From NCBI GenBank assembly GCA_963667015.2, contig CAXXJJ010000003.1:129728-193727 (forward strand): a stretch of 64,000 nt of DNA, written 5' to 3'. The notes under the pieces are model-generated. The model searched no databases. It saw nothing but the letters and a program-made list of their open reading frames with translations, and was not told where the DNA came from. Positions 51,253 through 59,369 of the stretch are shown in pieces. Positions within the stretch are counted from its first letter, which is position 1; each line of letters opens with the position of its first letter. Both the position numbers and the translations under genes were made by a program. Source of the stretch: Desulfatiglandales bacterium (GTDB lineage Bacteria > Desulfobacterota > DSM-4660 > Desulfatiglandales > HGW-15).

Positions 51253-52010
51253 TAAGAAGATGTTGGTATGATATGAAATCAAGGTTTTTATGGGTATTGA
51301 TACTTTGTTTGTGTCTATCTGCGTACTTTTTAAATACTTATAGATTAGTGATGAAATATAATATTAATATTAAATATGATCCAAATCAATTCATGTCTGA
51401 GAGTTTTTTTAACGCTATACATGAAAGAGTCGCCCGGGTAACAGAAGACTATAATTTTTATGTGAATCATTACTGGTTCTTGTTAGGAATATTTATTTTT
51501 GAGATATCTGCTATAGTACTTGCGCTGGGAGGAATACTTGTTCGAAAAAGTAAATCAGATCTCCATATGAGTTTAAGCCTCCCTGTAAAACGTTCTCACT
51601 GGCTTCTTTTACAAGGCAGTATGACTGCTCTTCTGATGTTTATATTGGTATTTGGCCTGACTTTTTTTACTCTCACTACCAACTTTATTGTTGTTGGGAA
51701 ATACTATCCTACAGGTATGGCCATGATAAATGCTTTACAGGTCTGGTTGGCATGTCTTCCATTTATAGGATTAAGTTTTCTGGTAAACAGTTTTTTCCAT
51801 AATAGTTTTAAATCAATGACAATAATTCTCATTGTTATTTTTATTGCATGCTGGTTAAAGCTTCCTCTGTATTTATTGAATTATACATTTGCGTATCCTT
51901 TTGTTGAAAAGCTGCATGCTTTTTCATGGATAGATTTTATTACTATAATCATGTTAACTATAGGTACCTTTGGGCTGGCCGTTTGGAAATTTAACAGGAA
52001 TGAATATTAA
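51246..52010 (+). CDS. ABC-2 type permease
   Basis: About 6 TM segments, LSLPVKRS, overlaps the ATPase stop. Confidence 0.8.
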   Translation: MLVRRCWYDMKSRFLWVLILCLCLSAYFLNTYRLVMKYNINIKYDPNQFMSESFFNAIHERVARVTEDYNFYVNHYWFLLGIFIFEISAIVLALGGILVRKSKSDLHMSLSLPVKRSHWLLLQGSMTALLMFILVFGLTFFTLTTNFIVVGKYYPTGMAMINALQVWLACLPFIGLSFLVNSFFHNSFKSMTIILIVIFIACWLKLPLYLLNYTFAYPFVEKLHAFSWIDFITIIMLTIGTFGLAVWKFNRNEY

Positions 52011-52122
52011 TCAGGAGTATTATTGATGATAAATAGCTGTTTATCACAGAATCCAAACGATTAATTTTCTGTATTCTTTGTTTCTGATTATCCAGTAAAG
52101 TGGAGGAGTTTTTTTCCTCAAG

Positions 52123-52162
52123 AGTTATTAGATAATGTAAATTTATCTAATAACTGTTTTTT
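52123..52162 (+). terminator. Terminator-like hairpin
   Basis: AGTTATTAGATAA-N7-TTATCTAATAACT followed by GTTTTTT. Confidence 0.55.
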
Positions 52163-52220
52163 GCCCCTCCCAAACCCTCCCAAAAGGGGAGGGGCGTTAT
52201 TTGTATGCAACATGGTTTTA
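52163..52220. repeat. Dispersed hairpin-plus-tail repeat, copy 2
   Basis: GCCCCTCCC...GGGAGGGGC stem and a tail shared with 46744-46778. Confidence 0.65.
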
Positions 52221-52277
52221 TTTTAAATCCTGAAGGAAGGAGGGAGTTCCTGTTTGCACGGGAGCTTTTAATAAAAG

Positions 52278-53789
52278 ATGGCAATATGCAATAATCCGGA
52301 TTGTCCTCACAAAGAAAGAACAGGCCGCTCTGCTGAATACAGGGATGGTATTACAACCTGTCCGGAATGCGGAGCCACTTTAACCACTGCCCCTGTCAAT
52401 TTTTTTGAAAAAACTGAGAAAGCGAATAAAGATCTGCTCCGGAAAGTCCTTTTTACAATAGGCCTGATTATATTCTATCGTCTGCTGTGTATCATTCCTG
52501 TACCAGGAGTGGATTTATCCAGCCTGCCTGAGGGTTTGATTAAAAAATATTTTCAATCCGCAAATATTTCTATATGCGCACTTGGACTTATGCCCTATAT
52601 TAATGCATATTTTTTTGTGGAGATCTTTTCACTGGTGATCCCCTCTTTAAAAAGATGGCGAGGCGAAAAACACGAGGGGCGGAGGAAGCTTAATCTTACC
52701 GCAAGATGGCTGGCCCTGGTCTTATGCCTGGTACAGGGATTCGGTATAGCCATATCCCTTTCCAGAATGGCAGCTCCGGGCGGATCTATGCTGGCGGTTA
52801 GTGCGGGTTCCGGGTTTAAAGTTATGGTTATTGTCACCCTTACAGCCGGTGTGTTAATAAGCATCTTTATAGCAGACCTGATTACTTCAAAGGGAATAGG
52901 TAACGGCATAAGCATGATAATACTTGCCGGCCTGGGAGTAGATATATTTTCAGCATTTATTAACAGGTTCAGTCAAACATCCGGTTATGGTAATTTTATG
53001 GAGGATACGGTTGGAGTACTGCTTATATTTTTTGCCACAGGAGCTGTAATTTATTTTATGGAAAGAGGTGAGTACAATATAAAAGTTAAGCTTAAAAATA
53101 ACAGCCTTGTTGATCTTCCTTTTAAATACAACACCTCCGGTATTATTCCTGCTGCCCTGGCAGCCTCTTTTGTTATGCTTCCCGTCACAATCATGAATTT
53201 TACTCCTGATTACCCCAAAATATTTGACTATTTCCGGTATGCCTCCTGGGCCTATAATATAACCTATGCAATTATTACGGCTGTCCTGTTTTTCTTTTTT
53301 GCATCACTTTATTATGATCCTGATAAGATACTTTCATTTTTAAAATCAAAAAATGCAGAGCCTGTTTTGCCTGATGGCGTTTCCTTTGAAAAACTGCTGG
53401 ATAAAAAACTCACTCTCCTTACTGCATGGGGCGTTCTATACTTAATTATCTGTTCTGTATTATTAAGCCCCGGTATTTCCGGATCAATAATAATCAGTGG
53501 ACTTGTAATTATACGACTTGTTGCCATTCTTCTTGATGTTATAAATGAGGTGAAGGCAAGGAAAGATTACGGTAATTTTATAAAGATTGATGAGATGCAG
53601 AAACCCTATGAGGCTAAATTTTTAAAAAATCTCCTTGAGACGCATAATATTCACTGTTTTTTAGAAGGTTACTATCACAGGAGTCTATATTATTTTTTCG
53701 GGCCTTTTATCGGGATTTCACTCTATGTACAAAAGGATAAAGAGTCTGACGCCTTGGAAATTATATCCGATCAAAGGTGTCCAGGATAA
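52278..53789 (+). CDS. SecY-family paralog with N-terminal Zn-ribbon and C-terminal DUF2007-like domain
   Basis: YRLLCIIPVPGVD, ALGLMPYINA, EGRRKLN, TLTAG, ITSKGIGNGISMII, SGIIPA; CNNPDC...CPECG; EAKFLKNLLETHNI...LYVQKDKESDALEII. Confidence 0.85.
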   Translation: MAICNNPDCPHKERTGRSAEYRDGITTCPECGATLTTAPVNFFEKTEKANKDLLRKVLFTIGLIIFYRLLCIIPVPGVDLSSLPEGLIKKYFQSANISICALGLMPYINAYFFVEIFSLVIPSLKRWRGEKHEGRRKLNLTARWLALVLCLVQGFGIAISLSRMAAPGGSMLAVSAGSGFKVMVIVTLTAGVLISIFIADLITSKGIGNGISMIILAGLGVDIFSAFINRFSQTSGYGNFMEDTVGVLLIFFATGAVIYFMERGEYNIKVKLKNNSLVDLPFKYNTSGIIPAALAASFVMLPVTIMNFTPDYPKIFDYFRYASWAYNITYAIITAVLFFFFASLYYDPDKILSFLKSKNAEPVLPDGVSFEKLLDKKLTLLTAWGVLYLIICSVLLSPGISGSIIISGLVIIRLVAILLDVINEVKARKDYGNFIKIDEMQKPYEAKFLKNLLETHNIHCFLEGYYHRSLYYFFGPFIGISLYVQKDKESDALEIISDQRCPG

Positions 53790-53821
53790 AACAATGGCAC
53801 GTTTCCATGCATAGATAATAT

Positions 53822-53878
53822 GTATAGACAGGTTTAAAACCTGTCTCTACGCTGTCATGCCCGTGAAGACGGGCATCC
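53822..53878. repeat. Two adjacent REP-like hairpins between convergent genes
   Basis: GTATAGACAGGTTTAAAACCTGTCTCTAC and GTCATGCCCGTGAAGACGGGCATCC. Confidence 0.65.
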
Positions 53879-53882
53879 TGTT

Positions 53883-55121
53883 TTATCTTTTTATTTGTCT
53901 TTCCATAGCCTCCAGAGCCCTGCGCCTTCGATAATAGACCGGGAGCATTAAGAGCAAAGCAAGCATAGTGAAAACTGCCAATGATGAACCGCTTTTGAAC
54001 ATAGTGGAGTAATTATACATATCTTTTACAAACCCTCCCAGGATAGGCCCCATAAAAAGGCCTATGTCAACACCGATATAGAGTGTATTGCTTGCCACTC
54101 CTCTTTTTAAAGGCGTTTCCGAGAGTATACACATGGAATATATAGCGGGTTGGAATGACCCGAATCCCACTGATGCGACAACTGCTCCCAGGAGTAATGT
54201 GCTCAGTGATTGAGTGTTTCCTATGATAAAAAATGATAGCGCGAAAATTACAAGGGAAGGGTACAGGATTTTTGCCAGTCCGAATCTATCGGTGAGCCAC
54301 CCGCTTGTCGGTCTTGATACCAGAAGGGCCAGTGCGAGTACCAGGTAGAATGAACTTTCACCGGATATTCCGACTTCTTTTAAAAACTCAACAATGTATG
54401 TATTATAGAGTGACCAGCCCATAAAAATAAAAAACATGAGAACAGCCATGGGAACAGCATGTATGGAGGCAATATTCTTATACCATGCCCCTGTGCTTAA
54501 TATCTCTTCCTTTGTCTTTTTATCAGGTAAAAGAAGATAACTGGGAATTATCCCTATGAAACAGACTATCATTGAAAAAATAAAAAGGCAGGTAAAGCCG
54601 AAGCTGTCATCTCTTAAATATGTGCCAAAATTAAGAACATATAATCCCAGGCTTGGTCCTATTGCCATACCTATTGTGCTGGCAGTTGCGTATATTCCCA
54701 GCCCCGAAGCCATTTTTTCTTTAGGAAGGTTGTCTCCCGCAAGTGTCATTGTGAGGGCACCTATCAGGGCGTATTGAAGACCATGGACCAGCCTGATCAG
54801 GGTAAAAGCTGTTATACTGTGAAAAAGCGCATAACCGATATTTGCCAGGCCACCGATTAAAAGGACCAGTACCATAAGTTTTCGCTTGTCATATTTTGTG
54901 ATCACATTTCCTGATACCGGTCTCATTGCGAGTGCTACGGCAAATAACTCTCCGGCCAGTATTCCCGTGATAAAGGCGCTGGCTCCAAGATGCACAGCGT
55001 AGGATGCTACCAGGGGATTTACTGAAAAATGCGCAATAGAAAGCAAAAAGGCTGAAGACAATATACATATAAAATTACGATTCCAGATCGTAACTACCGG
55101 TTTTGATTTTGAATGCTCCAA
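53883..55121 (-). CDS. MFS transporter
   Basis: About 12 TM; IRLVHGL, AIGPSLG, GWLTDRFG; TTG start with GGAG RBS. Confidence 0.9.
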   Translation of the reverse strand: MEHSKSKPVVTIWNRNFICILSSAFLLSIAHFSVNPLVASYAVHLGASAFITGILAGELFAVALAMRPVSGNVITKYDKRKLMVLVLLIGGLANIGYALFHSITAFTLIRLVHGLQYALIGALTMTLAGDNLPKEKMASGLGIYATASTIGMAIGPSLGLYVLNFGTYLRDDSFGFTCLFIFSMIVCFIGIIPSYLLLPDKKTKEEILSTGAWYKNIASIHAVPMAVLMFFIFMGWSLYNTYIVEFLKEVGISGESSFYLVLALALLVSRPTSGWLTDRFGLAKILYPSLVIFALSFFIIGNTQSLSTLLLGAVVASVGFGSFQPAIYSMCILSETPLKRGVASNTLYIGVDIGLFMGPILGGFVKDMYNYSTMFKSGSSLAVFTMLALLLMLPVYYRRRRALEAMERQIKR

Positions 55122-55327
55122 ATAAATATATCTCCAATGGATGTAATAATTTACTCCAATCCATTATTTAGACTTTGTTATTTTAAAATCCTTTCTCAAT
55201 TATACACTATAGGTATAATCTACTTCTTCTTTTTCTCCAAGGGTTTTTATAATTCTCTAATGAAACGATTATTGCACCCCTGACAGTCTTTTCTGTAATT
55301 CAGAGGAACAGGCGGTTGAACTTATAA

Positions 55328-55710
55328 AACATCTGGGAGGGTTGCGGTTACAGCCACGGCATAAGAAACCTGAAACCAACTGAAGGCAGTTTCCTTTGTT
55401 TTCACGGGCCGAAACGATGTCCGCGAACAAAAGAAATATTGCAGCTTGTTATTCCCCATTTCCATACCGTCCTGCAGAGACTCGACAATCTGTCCAAAGA
55501 CAGTTTATGCCTGACACCCAGGGAAACCGAAGTCCTGAAATGGATCGCTCAGGGAAAGAGCAACCGGGCTACCTCCGTGATCATGGGAATCAGCGGGAGA
55601 ACCGTCAAATTTCATGTCAGTAATATATTACAAAAGCTTGATGCCGGAACCAGATCCCACGCTGTGGCTATCGCTATTGAGCAGGGGACCATAGAGATAG
55701 GCTGGAGACG
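55328..55710 (+). pseudogene. Truncated LuxR-family regulator
   Basis: GYSHGIRN...ILQLVIPHFH...LTPRETEVLKWIAQGKSN...TVKFHVSNILQKL; upstream TAA at 55325; frame runs on into the antisense of the next gene. Confidence 0.7.
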
Positions 55711-55760
55711 GTATATAGTATCTAACAGAATCAACGATCCTGGGGATATATATAGTAGTA

Positions 55761-58700
55761 TTAACTGGAAATATTTCGTTGGGAACTGCGTGCGTGTGTA
55801 TAGACTCCTGATGTTGTATGTGAAGGTTCAATATCCAGATTTTTCCTTAGTGCTTCCTCACATCGGCGAAAAAATTTTTCGATATCACCATGTCTTCCGA
55901 GGCAGTTGCAGCATGTCATGGATCTCTGATAGAGAATCTCATTTGTCTGATCCATGGTCAGTCCCATGGAATACAGATCAACAGCTTTCTCGTACTCATG
56001 CTGTTCCTCACAAAAAATTCCCAATCGTGTCACAGCCTTTATATAAAGTTCTTTCAATTGTTCTCTGAAGGATACAATCCAAAGGATTTCACCTTCTTCT
56101 TCAAGAAAATTACCATCATAGCAGGCAAAGGCCTTTTCATAAAAAAAGACAGCCTGTTCTTTTTCCCCTTTTTCCCATAATTGATCGGCTTTAAGAATAA
56201 AGTGGGTAAATGCACCTGTATCTATTCGACATATACTTTCATCGACCATAATTATTCCATCCCGTAATCTTATCACTTCCTTAATGCCAAGCAGTACACG
56301 CAGACGGTTAAGTGTTGTAGAAAAAGCACTGTATGCCTGATCTCCATTTGAGTCAGGCCATAGAGAGTCTACAATTTTATGAACCGCTATATCGGGACTG
56401 CCATATGATATAATTGCCTTTAACAGATCCAGGGGTTTTTTATGTGCTCTGCCCTTTATCTCGACAGGATTGTCATCTTTTAATATTTCAAACCTGCCAA
56501 GGGTATTTATTTTCAATGGCCAGGGCCATGTATCAATATGATAGGGTGTTGGCCGCATAGTAACATTATAGACCTTATGCAATACCTTTGCATACTCAAC
56601 CTCAATACCTAATTCAAAGGCTTTGATAACAATATCCGACATCATGGCCGGCTGCCACCACCAGATCATATTTTTAAAATCATGGAACCGTCCCAGACTC
56701 ATTGCCTTTTCAAGGCAGTTTATGCCTTTTTCCCTTATTCCCTGTTTAAACAGAATTCTGGCCTTTGCAGCCGTACACATAAACTCAAGTATATGGGAGC
56801 GTGTACGAACAGCCAGATCAATGGCTGAGTCAAGCAGTTTTTCTGTCTCTCCAAATTCGTTTCTTTCGGCCAGTATCTGGGCAAGGCCGAATCGGCAGAT
56901 GATAAGGGGAAATATATAGCCTGTTTCTTCTGCAATATCATTTGCCTTGCGGGCGTGTTCCAGGGCTCGGAAATTGTCTCCGGTGAGAAGGTAGAAAAGG
57001 CTGTAACCTATATGATACATGGTATATCCATGGTATCGGGAAGGATGCAGTGAAGATTCGATTTTCTCAAAGAATTCTCTTGTTTTGTCTGTCTTTCCCA
57101 ATATTATTGAGGCATATACGCCCTCAGTCAAAAACATTGGATCCCAGGCATGGATACCTGTCTCCGCGCTGATTCTGAGGGATTCGATAATATCTTCCAG
57201 AACGGATTCATCCAGTATGCCATAAAACATACCTGTAGCTATATCCAGCCATTTAAGATGAAGCATTACAGCCGGATTTTTCAGGTAGGCCTTCATTTGG
57301 TTCCTGTTTTCCTCTTTGAGTATTTCAGCCCTGGGGAAATTGCCCAGCCAGCAATAGAAGGTTATTGCCCAGTCCCATGCCTCGGTTCTGAGCCTGGTAT
57401 CTCCATATTTTCTGGCAAGGGACAGAGCTTTTTCAACCCATCTTATCATGTCAGCATGATCAGGTTGTCTGAAAAGTAGCGCACACATAATGTTTACAGC
57501 GATTTTGGCCTCTATGCCGGGTGAAGGATATTGAGGGCCCTCCAGCAGATGCTTTTCCATCCATTGTATCCACGGATCGAGGACAGTAAAGTCATTCCAT
57601 TCATATATGGTGCTTTCAATGATCCCTGTCCATGACAGGTAAAGACCTGTCATATCATGCTGTTTCTCAAAGGCGTAAAATGCCTGTTCAAAATAGCTCC
57701 TCGCCCTGGAAGGAAACATATGCTGACAACCTGATGCAAACCAGTATACTGACCATGAACTGGTTTCAAGGGCCTCTTCAGGGATGAATTTATACCACCG
57801 TGCAATGGTCATACCTCTTCCCTGTTCAATAAGCGACCTGCCGTATGTTTCTATCAGATGAATAAGCCCTGAGGAATCATTTGTCTGTATATAGAGCTCT
57901 GCAGCCTCTTCAATATGATCCGAAGCAGATAAGATGCTGGCTGCCCTTTTGCGAATTATATTCATTTCTTCTGGTGTAAAGGTATTTTCAGCGGTTGATA
58001 TCAGAAAATCCCTGAACAGCGGATGATATTCATATGTGGGAACTACTGAGTTATGTCGTTCGGTAAACATGCGATTCTGTTCAAGTGACGCAAGGATTTT
58101 TTCCGAATCATTTCGGTCTGTAAGAATGTCAGCCATGCCGGCTGTTGTCATCCCGGGGAGCAGGGCTGTTTTAAGAAGAAAATCCCTGGTGTCTTTATCC
58201 GCCTTGTTAAAAAGTTCACCCGCAAAATAGTCAAATGCCTTTTCATGATTTGATCGATCAATACACCCTCTGGAAACACTGTCACAGGTCAGCCCTTTTG
58301 CCATAAGGATAAGTCCGGCGGCCCATCCCTGCGTTTTTTCAAAGATCTTTTCAGCCATTTCCCTGTTGATTTTCATGTTCAACTGGTTCTGTAAAATCTT
58401 TCTGGATTCTCCCGGGGTCATCAGCAGGTCATTTTTCCCCGCAATCCGCAGGCTGTTATCAGCGAGCATCCGGGCAAATTGGACCGGAGGATCTTGCCTG
58501 CTGAGGATCAGAATATGGATATGGGGCATAATTTCAGAAATTCCGGCTTGAAATACCTCGTGAAAGGGGGTATCCGGAGAGATTGTTTGGTAATCATCAA
58601 ATACAAAGCAAAAGGGCTGTTTGATTTTTGTACACAAATATTCAAAATACTGTCTGGAAAAGGACGATGCTCCAAAGTTATAATCTCTGGTAAAAAGGGG

Positions 58701-58991
58701 GAGGTTACCGTCTGACTTTATTAATGCCTTTTGAGAGGCGTTTCTAAAATAGTAAAAGAAGGTCGCGGGATCACTGTCACGTTCATCAAGCCGATACCAG
58801 AGACATGGTATATGGCGAGTGTCAAGGTAACTCGCAGCAAGGGTTGTCTTGCCTGATCCTGCTATGCCGGATATCCATGTCACGGTACAGTTTTTTCGAT
58901 GGTCAAGAATACGAAAAAGGCGTTTTCTTTCTATTACCTTTGTAAGAACCGGTCGAGTTATTTTTTTTAGGCCTGAATTTATTTGATCCAT
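55761..58991 (-). CDS. MalT-like STAND NTPase/TPR regulator with C-terminal OmpR-type HTH and BTAD (SARP) domains
   Basis: GIAGSGKTT, VFDDYQ, TQGWAAGL, YEYHPLFRDFL, INTLGRF, LWPD, LNRLR, LDIEPS. Confidence 0.9.
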   Translation of the reverse strand: MDQINSGLKKITRPVLTKVIERKRLFRILDHRKNCTVTWISGIAGSGKTTLAASYLDTRHIPCLWYRLDERDSDPATFFYYFRNASQKALIKSDGNLPLFTRDYNFGASSFSRQYFEYLCTKIKQPFCFVFDDYQTISPDTPFHEVFQAGISEIMPHIHILILSRQDPPVQFARMLADNSLRIAGKNDLLMTPGESRKILQNQLNMKINREMAEKIFEKTQGWAAGLILMAKGLTCDSVSRGCIDRSNHEKAFDYFAGELFNKADKDTRDFLLKTALLPGMTTAGMADILTDRNDSEKILASLEQNRMFTERHNSVVPTYEYHPLFRDFLISTAENTFTPEEMNIIRKRAASILSASDHIEEAAELYIQTNDSSGLIHLIETYGRSLIEQGRGMTIARWYKFIPEEALETSSWSVYWFASGCQHMFPSRARSYFEQAFYAFEKQHDMTGLYLSWTGIIESTIYEWNDFTVLDPWIQWMEKHLLEGPQYPSPGIEAKIAVNIMCALLFRQPDHADMIRWVEKALSLARKYGDTRLRTEAWDWAITFYCWLGNFPRAEILKEENRNQMKAYLKNPAVMLHLKWLDIATGMFYGILDESVLEDIIESLRISAETGIHAWDPMFLTEGVYASIILGKTDKTREFFEKIESSLHPSRYHGYTMYHIGYSLFYLLTGDNFRALEHARKANDIAEETGYIFPLIICRFGLAQILAERNEFGETEKLLDSAIDLAVRTRSHILEFMCTAAKARILFKQGIREKGINCLEKAMSLGRFHDFKNMIWWWQPAMMSDIVIKAFELGIEVEYAKVLHKVYNVTMRPTPYHIDTWPWPLKINTLGRFEILKDDNPVEIKGRAHKKPLDLLKAIISYGSPDIAVHKIVDSLWPDSNGDQAYSAFSTTLNRLRVLLGIKEVIRLRDGIIMVDESICRIDTGAFTHFILKADQLWEKGEKEQAVFFYEKAFACYDGNFLEEEGEILWIVSFREQLKELYIKAVTRLGIFCEEQHEYEKAVDLYSMGLTMDQTNEILYQRSMTCCNCLGRHGDIEKFFRRCEEALRKNLDIEPSHTTSGVYTHARSSQRNISS

Positions 58992-59119
58992 AAGTTACCT
59001 TATTTTGACTAAAAATAGATAATTAATCTAATTTTGTCAATTTAATAAAAGATATGAAATTATTGTTCTGTTATCCTTTTAAATTGCAGAAACTTATGAA
59101 TAAAAATCAGTTTTTTATT

Positions 59120-59155
59120 TCCTGTGACTCTCCTGTGACTTCCGATCAATATAAT
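59120..59155 (+). promoter_or_regulatory. SARP-type direct repeat upstream of a -10 box
   Basis: TCCTGTGACT at 59120 and 59131 (11-bp period); TATAAT at 59150. Confidence 0.6.
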
Positions 59156-59369
59156 AAAAAAATGATGAAGCTCCAGAAAGGCCGGTTCGGATTTTCAGAA
59201 AGCATTGGCAACTGTTTTTTGAGTAATATCAAGGCTTTTCAGGAATTCGGTGATGCTCATTATATAAAAAAATTTCCACTTCCCAAATTATTTTTTTTCG
59301 TGATTTTGAAAAATTAACTTTCTAGCGATAATTATTGATCCGAATGTTTAATTCAGTTGGAGTAATATC

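Noticed and set aside
52123..52155. TTAGAT...ATCTAA palindrome as a DtxR box (also 59015-59031)
   Set aside because: Half-site spacing differs from N6; better read as a terminator and a separate operator
53795..53811. TGGCAC...TGCA as a sigma54 promoter
   Set aside because: Spacing is one base too long and it points into a convergent gene end
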